Part shown: in pieces, positions 50,873 through 64,000 of the stretch
How the letters are laid out: each line of letters begins with the position of its first letter
Position numbering within the stretch: position 1 is the stretch's first letter
DNA from: Phoronis australis
Lineage: Eukaryota; Animalia; Phoronida
DNA length: 64,000 nucleotides
Reading direction: 5' to 3'
NCBI GenBank assembly: GCA_002633005.1
Contig: NMRA01000002.1
Location: 1,767,023 to 1,831,022, forward strand
Translations under genes and position numbers: made by a program
Notes under the pieces: model-generated
The model's database searches: none
What the model saw: only the letters and a program-made list of their open reading frames with translations
Told to the model about the DNA's origin: nothing

Positions 50873-53800
50873 TGTGACAGGGTTATATATGCGTTATCAA
50901 CAAGAACAACGAAACCATCAGCGACACTGAAAAAAGGCATCAGAGTTTATTGAGCTTGGACAGCCTACAATTGCGAATTCAAAAATGACGCATGCGCGCA
51001 TTGAATGACCTGAGCTGGACTATTGTGAGAATGGTTATACGAGAGTAAAAGACTTAATTCGTTTTTCGTTTTCAGCCAGCTGACCAAGACGAAATGCAGC
51101 TTCAAATGTCGTTCATATGTTTGTTTAATGTTACAACAATGATAAACAGCAGCACACTCTAGCCACAACACGGGATATGCATAGGAGTAACATTTTAAAA
51201 GAAATGAAACGACCAAAACTTATTACGGTTATATACAAATTCGCGTACATATGCAATGTTTGACGTTTTGCTAAATGTCAAAATGTCAACCAACTCTAAA
51301 ACCACTAAATGGTTCTATAGCAAAGTGCAGTGCATGATATTCGGTGAAGAAACGTGAGTGACGACACTTAAAGACTACTGAAGCACGCGTTCCGTAGAAC
51401 CAGAATCTCTCGAAACGCAAGAACATGCCGCGAGACTTGGCGATAGAATAATAAGGTCATATTTTACCCGAAATTGCTTCCGCTGCCTGCCACCTAGTGT
51501 GCCGCACCTCCATAGAAATGTGAAAGCATTTTTAGGGTATCATCAAATGAATTCGGTGGTTCGAGACGCGTGCCCCCTCTTAGCAGTCGTCCCATAACTC
51601 GACCGAAGCTTCAGTTATGCTTGCCATTTTCGCAAGTTTTGTAAGGAGTTATTGAACGTGAAAAAATTTGCAATGTTGCGATGAATCCCCGGAACCAACT
51701 TTTCCGATGGTCTGGGTATGTAACTAAGGGTTCAAAAGCCAGGTCTTTGGTTCATTTCCGATTATCGCCGTGTCAAACATTCTATGCCTTTAACAATTCG
51801 ACTACTTGTCCAACCAGCAGACTCCCAGTCGAAGATTTTAGGAACTACCAAAGGGTGAACGATGATCGTCTGTTCAGTTCGAACCGACTGATCCTTGCTT
51901 GTTTGAAACTGAACCGTTGAGCCGAGCCACCAATGCTACTGACACCATCGTTACACCANNNCCCCCCCCCCCCCTCCTTCCCAAACAATTTGTGCTTGTC
52001 AGTAAGATAGCGTCAGGAATGAATTCTTCGGAATTGTCGCGATTTTACATTTTAAGTTGCCGAAACACAACGGCAGGACAGCATGAACAAACTTTACAAA
52101 ACACCCACTCTACACATTGCTTACATCAACTCTTTATTGTCTTATGAAATCAAAATGATAAATGGTATGGTGTATTCAGTTATTTGTGGATTTAGGTTTT
52201 TAGAGCTCGTTATTGAAAACAATTTCATGGGATGAATTATAATACTCATTTGAAAATTATTTGATTAGACTAGTGGAATGTACACGGCAATCGTTTTAAG
52301 CAAGGCCCTAATCAAATTTTAACGTTTACGCAATTTCCCAAGATACAATGCGGGGTGTCATTACGTAAATACAGTTATAACCAATGTGAACAGTCACTTG
52401 AACATTATCACTTTTATCGTGAATGTCGACTATCAGTGTTAAGATTTCTAAATAGTAAACAAGGGGGCTTGTCCCTACAACCTCAACAAATACAACAATC
52501 TTATAGGACCTTAATCTCCCAAGGTTTAATGTTTACATCAAATCTTCATCACCGGGGGACCACTTCAATTTTCTACTTTGTAGTCACTCACAGGTACTAT
52601 CTTATAATGTCAAGTGGAAGTTTGATTTGTACACGAAGTGCGAAACACTTTTGGGACAAAAAAAGGCCTGCTCAGTACATTTTCACATCGACGTGTACAA
52701 GAAGGATTCGCATGGCAAAACAAAAGCACACCCACAAGTTCCTGTCTGTTATTACTTATGTAACGAGGTATAAAGCTCGATATGATGCCCAGGTAGTCAC
52801 ACAGTCTCTGTCGGTTGATTGGGCGGTATTTTTGAGAGATCGCAGTGTCGATGGGAGGAATATAATTCAGAATGCACTCGGTTCAGATCCTTAACGTAAT
52901 GCGTCACGACCAAGCATACACAATACACAATTTTACAAATTACAATAGACACGTCTGGCAAATTTTTTTTAAAAACATAGATTCGAATTTTATTGTTTTC
53001 TTACTTCATTGTTCTAGTCGGCTCTGCACAAAATCGTCTGGGCGCATAGAAATTTTTAACAATTTTTAAGGTTTTGCGAGTAAGGGTCTTATCATACTGG
53101 TCAAACCCCATCCCGAACACCTCGGATGTTTTCGTTTCTTCCCTCGGAGGTGAACTTCATCTGCGTGCGTGCGATCAATCATGGTCAAAAGTGGAAAATT
53201 TTCGTTCTTCCCTGTACCGTTGACTGATACACCTGATGGTGCAAATACTTGACCCAGACAAAAAGTTCAGAAAACAGATGGTTGGCCGCCGTTTACGAAT
53301 TCTGCACCCGGGCAAAAGTGACAAGCGCAAAAACGCACATGTTAATCGAGTTGGACCGCTAAGAACGAGTGAATTCAGTTGCACTGATGCAATGTACAAA
53401 CTTTTTCATAATGACTTCTGTCGACGACTTGAACCGTGGGATTTTTAACACAGATCATACTTGTGTGCATAGCGGAGCAAATTACCAGCACGCGGCCGCT
53501 TTCAAGTTATGCTGAATCCATTTCGAAACACCGCATTAAAAATAAGTTTACTCAATAAAACAGCGGTGACGATTAATAATCTCTTTTTGTGAAGAGTTTC
53601 AGAGTAGATATAATCACAAGTCGAGTTTAACTTAAAGTGGCATAGAACGTGAAAAAAGACTAAATTGCATCATTCAAAGTGGAACTCTGCCACTGAAACA
53701 GAAGTCGGACTGTTTGTTCATCTCGTCGTCACTTCGTCGATTTTGCTCCCACTCGGCAAACTTGCATCTCTCTTATTTGGTATGGCAAGACATAGACGTA

Positions 53801-55489
53801 GCACATTTCCTTTGTATGGCAAATGTGACTTTTGAAAACAATGGCGAATTTAAGCAGCAGCATACGCGCATATGTGTTATTAGGCGAGGAGAATTTGAGA
53901 ACTGTATTGAGATGAAAGCGTTTATATTTCGTCTGTGTTTCAAAAATAGTGGATATGACGATGTTTTTTAGAAACTCTTGCTATATGTAAAGTAAATAAC
54001 TCTCACGTTAGCATCCCCCTGAAGCAGATTCGCCTCGATTTGTTTAAAAGTTGTTTTTTTCAAGTTTGCGCGTTCCATGCCTCTAACAGCAGATCGAACG
54101 AACGCCTCAGCTACACCGAGGGGCTCCACCTGGTGGTTGCTTCGCTGGGCTGTGTTATTCTAACGAGAAAACGTATAATTCACAAACGTGTAGATTTGAT
54201 ACTGTAAAAAACGAAAAAAATTTTTGGAAAAATAAATATTAGTTTATTTATCAAGACTTGTTTTGCTTGGGACGGCAAAGTACAACCAACTCAGAGTGAT
54301 TGATTTTTTACCATGGGGTAAGCTAAAGCTTTGTTTTCACAAGTGTGTAATGCTTGCGTATCTCGATAAGCGATGACTTTTCTTGTTTGCATAGGCCTAT
54401 GTCAGCAATAAAGAGGGTTTGTCAAAAAACTACAAAGTAGTCGTTGTTTTACGATATAGACAAATTTATAATCATGTGAAATTTATTTCTGGTTTCAAAT
54501 AACAATTTCTGAATTTGAAAGTGTTGATTTCTCATTGTAATTTATTATAGCGTAAAATAAAGGCACGCGATACCAACAGTCAACGTTTGCAAGTAAGCTC
54601 AAAATAAGAACCAAACATGAACACTATTCAGTCAATCTCAAAACAGTTTATAATTGTAAGAAGAAACTGTTCGTGTTAGTTCAGTCACATCAATTAAACA
54701 ACAAAATCGCCATCTAGGGAAATGCAGCGGTGCATTAATTTTATTATTTCAGACATTGGTGTGCTTCTGAGTCAAACTGAACTTTCTTATGTGATATTGT
54801 TCAACTAAAATAACTTAAACATATGTGATGCTGTTGAACTAAAACAGCTCAAAAACTAAGTCGGTGATCTCTTTTAACGGTCTAACCTTTCAAGTGTTAA
54901 AAAGCCGAAATTCAAAAAATCAAGGTACTCAAAATCGAGAAAATTTTTTTACTGGATAATACAATTACAATTACAACTGAGTGTGTACGGATGGCATTAG
55001 GTTTTTGAAAAAGATTTCAATCCTTAATTCAAATGGAGGGAATTTTTCATTTAAGTTTCATATTTTTGCAAGAGTTGCCTCTGTTTACGCGGCTCTAATG
55101 AAAAAAAATTCGGTGTCGTCCACTACTTTGTACATTTGTAGTTAAATGCACAAACGAAAATAAAAAATACACAAATTTAAAAATTCAACTGGTCAATCCC
55201 CTAGCGTCTTAGACCGTTTAATCTACAAGTACATCTCAACAAGTAAGGATTCATAAGTGCACAGCCAAACCTTACCGTGAATTCGGTAAATGTTAGCCAT
55301 TGCGGCATTGAAAACTTACATGTTGTTAGTGGATGATACTGTGAGGACGCAGATAAATACACCTAGCTGTCATTAAGGGTCGGTATAGATAGTTATCATA
55401 TTGACGTCTGAGTCATTGAAACACCATGATTTTCTTTGTGCTCATCATATATGTCAGTCATAATGAGACCAGAACTCTTCCAAACAGTC

Positions 55490-55980
55490 GCAACGACCCC
55501 AGCACCCTTACCGACAACCACAATGACCCTGGCCCCCTTACAGACATCACCATGACCTCACCGGTCTCACAGACTTTCACAATGGCCCCGACTGTTTTAG
55601 AGATATTCACCATGACACCGACGCTCTTACAGATAGTCACCATGACCCCAGCGCTCTTACAGATCTTCACATTAAACCCGACTCTCTTAGAGATATTTTC
55701 ACTCATTCAGACACCCTTATAGTTCTTCACAATGACCCCGACGCTCTTACAGTCATTAACAATGACCCCAGCGTTCTTACAGATATTCACAATGACCCCA
55801 GCACCCTTACAGACAATTACAATGACCCCAACACTCTTGCAGATTATCACAATGACCCCAACACTCTTTATAGACTATCACCGTGACCTCAGCACCCTTA
55901 CAGATATTCACGATGCCCCCAGTAGTCTTATAGACATTCACAACGACCCCAGCGCCCTGTAAGATTATCATAATGGCCCT
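55490..55980. repeat. Minisatellite, 30-bp unit (about acaatgaccccagcactcttacagatattc), about 16 copies
   Basis: Clear 30-bp periodicity; it explains the repetitive MTPTLLQI ORFs. Confidence 0.9.
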
Positions 55981-58900
55981 GCACCTTTCAGGCCTTGAAG
56001 CGTGAAGACGAAGAAATTCTTCTATTGTGCTTGTATTACAAGTGCAATCAAAAAAGCAAAGAAAGCACCAATGGGGGTTCCGGCTTTTGAACCAAAACGT
56101 CTAGCAATGTGTGTCGTGACGCATTTTCAATAAGGAAACCCTAGGACCAGTATTACTCCCAGGGAAACCTCATCACTGACTTCATCATAACGAATACTTC
56201 CGTTGCGCGTAGTCAAGAGCTACAACACTATGACTTCCAAAGTAAACGCATAGCAGATTATATGGTTACGCTTCACGTATTACGAACAAATGGAAACGTA
56301 TCTTATTTTATCACGAAAACGATTTATACGCAAGAAAACAGCATTTAGCTTATCGTAGATAATGCGTTTTGCAGACAACGTCCACTTTATGAAATTTCTT
56401 CATACCACATTGCGACTCAACAAATAATAACTCTTCAACAAGTAGGGCAGTATTTCAAAGATTTCTTGAAGATACCATTTGTTTCTGAATGTTCAGTCCG
56501 ATCAATAGAGAAAGTATAGTAAAATTACGCTTAAACGCGGAAATTTCGGGCGTTACAAGACCAATGTCTTTAAGCATTTTCTGTAACTAATTTTGTAAGC
56601 TCTTTAAATTGAAAGTTCGGTGCCATTCAGCAGTGTCGGCAGCGGCCACCCTCATTTTAAATATCACAATAAAAAGAAAAGTGTCAGCAATAATGTTTTG
56701 GCGAACCACTGAAAATTGTTTATTTATTTGTTTAATATTTTAGATTCAAAACTAACAGCTCTTTTCACTTTGAAATTGATCAACATCATGTTCAAAGAGC
56801 ATCATTTACTAAACTGGTTTGCATTAAAATTCGTTTCATTACGTTTGAAACCAAAATGCAGTTATAAAGAAAAAGTGTTTTTAAAGAAAATCTGAACATT
56901 TCTACGTGGCTGTCCATTACAACACTCCATAAATTACACACAACTAGTAACGCCTAAACAATTTAATATTTGAAAATGTTTAAAAAAACTTGAAAGCTAC
57001 TTGTCAAGTAATTGAAATCTGGAGACATTTGCAGAGACGTTACTGTTTTACCTTAGGGAATGATCATACTGCAGGTTCGCCTAAACAGTTGGTCTGCTTT
57101 AAATTATCATATCTTGTAAAAGGAGTCGGACAGTGGAAGTCGAAAAACATACTCAAGGCCCAGCAAACGGAGGACAAGTCACGACTTGGCACTCAAAGTT
57201 TGGGCTCTTACACTATACCCGGCTCCTCACTTATTCCATTGCGCAAATGTTATTTCCGTTATCACAAAATTAACTAACATCACTAAATAGACAAATTAAA
57301 TGCATTTTCTTGGACTAGATGTCTATAGCAAATCCACACGTGTAGCTTGAGGAATCCAAACAATACGAAACGTGTTTTATGGGATCATTGACATGGCGTG
57401 TTAGATCAATTAACTGGGTTTTGTTTATACTGGTGTTGGCTTTATATTTAACTAAGGGTATGACCTGGTAACCAGCGCGTTTGAACACTAAAGTACACTT
57501 TTCTGCGTGTATGATTACGCGTGATATGTGCGATACGAGTGCTCAGTGGTTCAGTTTTGACAACTTCATTTACCCATACAATGCGTACGTCAGAATCAGC
57601 TGGAACGCGCAAATACACTCGTGTGTTAACTTAGTTCGCGTAGCCATGATGGTACATCCTAACCAAGCTTAGACTACTATTACAACATCGTCATCAATCT
57701 CGTCATTACTTCAATCACCGCCGACATTCCCAAGTATATGCAGTAGATATTTATGGTTGATTTAGAATATCATCAATACTATAATTAACTCTGTCACGTG
57801 TTATTTGAATTATATGCATGTATATGAGCCACTCAGGCAGTTTTTGCACATATCGCTTTAAATATATAGTTTAGATAAGAGAAAGGGTATTTATGGAAGG
57901 AACTATGATGTCTAAGTAGAAATATGTGCTCTTGGAATCCACTGAGGTTAAAAGTCACAATCCGGCGGTTCGGCGGGCCGTTGCACTGAAGCTCCGATAA
58001 ATGAATGACATGGGATGAGACATGTTTAACAGCCTTACGTGGGTGGAGTTAATAGGCAGTGATGGTATCCAGTAGTGCTTTGAAGTTATTTTCATTAAAA
58101 AGTGCATTTGGCCTCTGCACTGTTCCATTCGGATCTGCCTACGTTCCGCCATTTTCAGAGCACTTCCGGCATGTTCAGGCGTGCGTTCAGTAGACGCTAG
58201 GACCTACGCTAGGACCTAGCCAAAAGCTAGGCAAGGTCACGTGCTCCTATTTAAAATACACGGCAATATCACGCGTAATCTCGCAAAGTCTTGCTTTTAA
58301 GCTAGGTCCTAGCGTTACTGTACGGGAGGCTGGTCTAATACCACGGTTCGGGCTTTTGTAGGCAAAACGCAGAAACTCACGGAGTGAGTCACGTTTGACG
58401 GCAATTTTGTGGACTACATGGGAATTAAATGATTGCCTCTTCAATTTAAATTAGTAATTTCGTCGAGATCAGCGTCTCCATTTGCGATGTCCGCCCTCAC
58501 GGCAATTTTGTTTGCTTCGGATTCTGCTTATAGTCTTTGTATTTGCTAGGTATTACCAGTCAGGTCAGACCGTCGAGAGAACAGTAAAAGATAAAATTCG
58601 AATGCACTTTAGTGTTTTGGCTAGCTCCCAAAAATATATCCATAATGTTTTGCAATGTTTTCATGGTTACGCCATTAAATTCGAATTTTCTAGACTGTAG
58701 TGGTTATTTTGACAAACAGCTTCCGACTAAACCACAATCAGAAATACTCTGGGTACGGATTCTACTCTCCGAACTCAGAGTAGACTTTGACTCAGAGTCA
58801 AAATTTAGCCAATCACCTTGCACAATTTAAGTAGAAAAGTTTAAGTAAATTCAAAGCGTGACATGCAATTGGTCCATTTTCGAGCTCAGAGATTTGATCT

Positions 58901-60219
58901 CGGGCCCTGCTCCTTATGTCTACATGCTGCACACACTACATCAGGTATATATTTAACATTTCACTTAATTTAAAACTTTGTTTCCCCTTCGCGCGGCTAA
59001 CCGTACGTACATGTAAAATACGTGCGCGACTCTAAATATTTTATTTCAACTTGGCGAAAGATTTGTTCATCTATAAAAAATAAACCAGTGTTTTGCTGAG
59101 AAAATGAGCGTTCCCAAACCAAGAAACAAAGAAAATATAAATTTAAAGAAATTATTTTTGCATACCCACCTTCTCATCTCGGAGAAATGAGGGTAGGACG
59201 AAAAGGATTTTTCAAAATATGCGTAGCAGCTATTCTCTAGTTTCAAGCGTGTAGTGTTTTGAAGACAAAATAATGGCCAAATGGGATTGATTTGAAATAA
59301 CAAACTGTCTTGGAGTACTAGACACGTTATCCTCGGTCACTTTTATGTACTATTTAGACAGTTATAGTCAGTGTGATTTTTATAAAAATTTTTAGTAAAA
59401 TTTAGATCTACAAGATCCAAGATAGCGACCAGACCCCATATTGATATTGCTGACACTCTCGATATGTTTTTGGTCAGCTGCAAAGAAGAAATGACGTTCA
59501 GAGTGTTGATCAATCTAAATTACGTTGTCATAATTACCCACTCGATTTCAATTTTTATGTCGCGATACTCGATGTATGGCTATATAACAACATGATCATT
59601 ACCCAGTTCGAGAGCTTTATAAGTCTGCTGGAGCGAATTTTTACGCAAACACTGAAACGTGAAGACCACAGCCACTCTATTCCGTGAAGATACATCCAAC
59701 CGACCGGTTTGTCAAATTCTTTCTACAAATTTAGCCATAATTTAGGACATCAAACATTCGTGAAATTGACCCAAGTCAGTTGTAGCACCCAGGGACTAAG
59801 GCAATTACGCTTATACGGTATCAGTCGTATGCAGTGGCGCGTTATCCACTAAGATAATTGTACTTCAATTAAGAGCCGTCATAAAATAGGGTCCCTGCCT
59901 CGCAGACATAGAGGGACCTCGAAAGTTGAGTGTACGGGGGGTGGGGGTTGTGGAGACCAAGGGGATGTGAAAATTGCGGGTTCCAGGTTTGTATAGCGGC
60001 CCCGGTAAACCTAAATCCGGCACTGGTCGCGTAATCGTTTATCCAGATGAGGTTTCCGTGGCTTTCACCTGCAAGACAATGACCAAAGGATACAAAAAGA
60101 CACCACGTGACTAGACTTAGATTTTGTCGTCTTTGCTGGTCTTCCCGGCCTCTCGTCTGTTCATGTACGTGTAACCTGTAAGAACTAATGTGCATCATGT
60201 CTTTGAATTTTCAGGCAGC

Positions 60220-63125
60220 ATGTACTTTAAGTCGGCAAGCGTCTTCCTAGTTGTCTTCTTAGCTATTGAACTGGCAAGAGGAAGCCATGAAGAGGTAGGT
60301 GCACATTTGCACATCCTGTTTTAGTTGGTAGTGCGTTGATAAATTAATCACTCGACTAATAACGATAACTAGTCAAACTAATATTCGTATATCGTTCTAT
60401 CGTTCTCTGTTTTTGCCATAAATGGAGTACAAAAATGTCCTAAATATAGCCGATACCCGCTAAGATTTTCAGAATGCAGGTTTAATTAAATGTAAGCCCG
60501 TTTATCCGTGTTTTAAACATGTTACAAAAACTTTCCCTGAAATAGTTTTCCATGGCTTATAAGAATTTCCCACTTGAATAATGTAAAAATATAGTTTTGC
60601 TGGGGATGTAAAAATTGAATCTTCATTCTTCATATGCACCGGACATGGATTCGGTCCATAAACTGGCTTCAGTGATAAATCGTTTAGTAAGTAAGGTATA
60701 TAAGTCATGTAGAATTGTGTTATGAAATAATTCTCAGTTTTACGCTCCCATGGTCTTTTCGAAAGTACACCCGTGGCGAAAAAGAAGCAGTTTTCAAATG
60801 CACACCAAGGAGCGTTTGTCCTCTCTAGAGAGCAAATGGCGTGCATGACCACTCTGTACAACCAATGTTTTAAAAAGGAATTTCTATTGGCTTGTCAGAA
60901 TGTGTTTATTTTTAATGTGAACAGCAATATCATGGCTAAAAAATGAACGAGAAAGTGCTTTTGTGAACATTTAGCGCGTAATAACCAAACAATCATGTAA
61001 CCCAAATAAATGCGCACAGCGGATGTTACGTTCACGGAGCTTGTTCGTCGGTTTATGCTAGAGGAGTATAACAGAGAAAACAATAAGTTGAAACTCGTGA
61101 AACTTTCGTTATACAGTTTTAAATCTGTAATGTTGAAAGGAGTCATACACCTGTCTCCACGGCTACATGCTACTGAAAAGAAGGGGTTCGACTATGATTT
61201 AGTTTACTTGTTTTAAGCAACTGAAATTGACAAAGAGGTACAGCTACATCTAGCCCAAAGCAGTGCTATTTTTGTTGTTTTTGATTTTTTGCGACCTGAT
61301 TTAAGTCTGTGAGCGGTGTACGTAAAGAGGAAACAGTCTTACCGTGGAAAAGCAATGTTTCAGCATGGTTTTATGGAGCAGCATCAGTTGGTGGTAAGAT
61401 ACAACCATTTTTGACGTCTTTTTACACGTTTTCGTTAGTGGGAACTCAAAACTTTACCGGAATGTTCCATGATCCAAATGGGGTTTAGCATAGCTGCATC
61501 GATCGGATGCGTACTCCACCGTTAATTCGTTTTATTTCAATTTCAGTTTGGCTTCCAAAGTGCTCAGCCCAGGGCCAAAAATCATACTCACAAAGAACAA
61601 AAAAAAATCTGAGCCGAAACATCTCTCGAGTTTGCTTGCGAAGAGTGCTTTTGATGAATTATTTTGTAGTGTCACGTGCAAATGTTTTTAAGTGGTGAAA
61701 AACTGTCAACGTGGTCAACAATTGTTAAAAAAATGCATTTAAGGGCGTGCAAGGTGATTTTTTACTTCAAACGCTGTTTGTATGTTATCTGTTTAGGTTT
61801 CCGGGAGGGGAACCAAGATCACATGTTATTGTATATCTGGACTGGTGCACCCATATTCGAAATAATTAGTTTTTTCAAAGAAAATTATTTGTTCAAGTAT
61901 TTCACATATGCATATGTTCATGTCTTAAATGGGTGTTGCTCGAGCGTTTTTTTGTCCGTTCTTTAACACTTTTTAGTATATAGTTCATGAAAAGTGACTG
62001 CACGTCTACCTCCGCCTTTTCGTAACCGAAGAGATCGATTTCACTTACATAATAGTTATGGCATTTGCTTCTCGGTTTTACTCAAATGTAGGCACATGCG
62101 TCTTTTTTCCGATAAAGGCGCAGCTTCACATACAGGCACATTATTTTAAAGATGCGAATATATGGAAAAAAAACGTAGAATTAACAATGGAACGTAGCGA
62201 GTGCTAGAGAAAAACAAGGGTAAAACGTAAGATTACAAAAATAAGAAATATGAACGTCGACAATATAATGCTGTGTTCGAGTATTCACCCTCTATCGTGT
62301 GCATCCAAAATATTCATCTTGCTTCCGTGCATGTAGTAATAGCCCGTAACTGAGTTTAGTCTATCTGAATGTGATAACAACTTTTTAAACTACAGTTGAG
62401 AACTCGTGTACACAGTGTTAACGTATAATCATAGAATAAAAAGGATAAATATGTTCTTTCAAAAATATTGCAGTGAAGCAGTATTTTTTTAAACAGTCAC
62501 GTTCTAAAATTGAGAATTGAAAAGAGCTCGAATCTGGGGCTTTCATTTTATTTTTATCCTTTCAAGCAACAATGCATTGGATGCCAAGTAAGTCAAGAAT
62601 CGATTTTTTTCTCACAGTTCTGCTCTCATCTGATTTTACAGTCAAACCATGAAACCATTTTCAGGGACTGCGCACTAACTCTTACCACTGGTGTGCGCCC
62701 TTACTTCTCATCTCAAAACCCCTAACCACGGACCCGGGCCACCATCAAGCAGTCTTACCACTAACAACTTTGTGTTATAGTGAAAACGATAAACGTGAGC
62801 GGGGCGACCAGTTTCTTTCGGTTATTTTTAGCTCCCGTGACAAGAGATAGTTTCCACCAATGATTCTGGGGGGTACTTTACTTTAATGAATATTTTTAAA
62901 TTCCAGTGTATGCTGCGCTGTGACGGAGAACTCCTCAACTTCTGTCTGCGAGACTGCGTCGACCGATCAGTGAAAGACCTTTTCCAGCTGGATACGGAAC
63001 TTGACGAGTGTTACCAAAAGTGCACGGACTTTGCTGAAGTTTGCCGAAATGAATGTTCGGCTAAGTCACTGATGCAACCCGCCCAGGAGTTTGTTAGCAT
63101 GGAAGATTTGGAAAAAGAAAAGTAA
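60220..63125 (+). CDS. Small secreted cysteine-rich peptide (97 aa, signal peptide plus 8 Cys in four CxxxC motifs)
   Basis: Exon 60220-60294 (ttttcag acceptor ending at 60214; MYFKSASVFLVVFLAIELARG-SHEE; GAG|gtaggt) joins in phase 0 to exon 62907-63125 (ttccag|CMLRC-x7-CLRDC-x17-CYQKC-x6-CRNEC...KEK*). The acceptor before the ATG implies an upstream non-coding exon. Confidence 0.75.
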
Positions 63126-64000
63126 AAACTCGACAGTTTGATAAATGTTATAGGACTGCGTGTGCCAAGAGACGAGTCCACATGGTATTATCGGTTGGTA
63201 CGGTAACTTAAAATCCCCGACTTTTTGTGAAAAAGGGGTAGTCGTTAAGTCATTTTCGACAATGAATTCTAAATTAAACTTATTTATATACAGATTAGGC
63301 CTTTTCATTTTGTTAATCCTTAGCGCTGGAACTACTGCGACGAGTAGAAAACATTTCATATTTACTCAACACTCATTTCAGAAGATTAGTTTCACAAAGA
63401 GGCGCCTGTGTTCAGACTGAGGTCCATCGCAGCCATTTTGTATAAACCCACTCAGTGATAACCTAGAATAGTAGGTAAACGTGAAAGGCTTTACACAGAA
63501 CTTTGTCAAAATTACATCAGATTACAGTATTATGTTAGGCTACTTGTATTTTGTCGGTGGAACTCAGGCGAAAGAGAAAGCTAATATCATACACACAAAC
63601 TGTTAACGCACGAATAGGAGGTTGAATCATTAAGCAATTTAAGATTGAGCAGTTTTAAACTCCAAAGCGCTGTAGTTAAGAATTCAACATTGACAGCTAA
63701 CAGCAGCAAATACTCCAATAAATTTGAGCGTGTAAAACTGGATAAAATGATGTAATAACTGAATCTCAATATCGATAGCTTCACCCACGATTTAGATAAA
63801 ACAACGAATAAACAAATTAATAAAACAAGTTCTTAATTTCGTATCCTTAAGCCATCTTTCAATTAAAAATTCGTAGTTAAGCTCTCCATGTTAACCATTC
63901 GTAATGTCCGGATGACCAATACACCGCTGCAAGGATAAGGAAACGAGTCTCATTGTGTAACTCAGTGAGTGTTTTCATCAACGGTATGAAGGACCAGCTC

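Noticed and set aside
52355-52894. 179-aa ORF
   Set aside because: GTG start, no recognisable domain and no supporting exon structure.
55490-55980. CRISPR-like periodic array
   Set aside because: Contiguous tandem units without unique spacers, in a eukaryotic context with no cas genes.

Overview
Eukaryotic, intron-rich, AT-rich invertebrate genomic DNA, probably a marine lophotrochozoan (inferred from the gene and transposon families; the taxon cannot be fixed from this window). Three protein-coding genes were rebuilt by hand from GT-AG splice sites and phase continuity. (1) A 14-exon choline acetyltransferase on + (9946-22190, about 702 aa). (2) A convergent AQP8-like aquaporin on - whose exons 2-5 (32288-27485) appear to be shared by two paralogous first coding exons (35291-35056 and 49758-49481). 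One keeps the Cys equivalent to the human AQP8 Cys53 redox gate and the other replaces it with Gly. (3) A small secreted 8-Cys peptide on + (60220-63125, 97 aa) with four CxxxC motifs. Introns and intergenic DNA hold many MITEs, Penelope-like GIY-YIG relics with hammerhead-like ends, a THAP-bearing DNA transposon split by a nested insertion with a 9-bp TSD, an XPG-type (Academ-like) relic, a 30-bp minisatellite and an 875-bp duplication at an N that is probably an assembly artefact. Most entries in the supplied ORF track are spurious.
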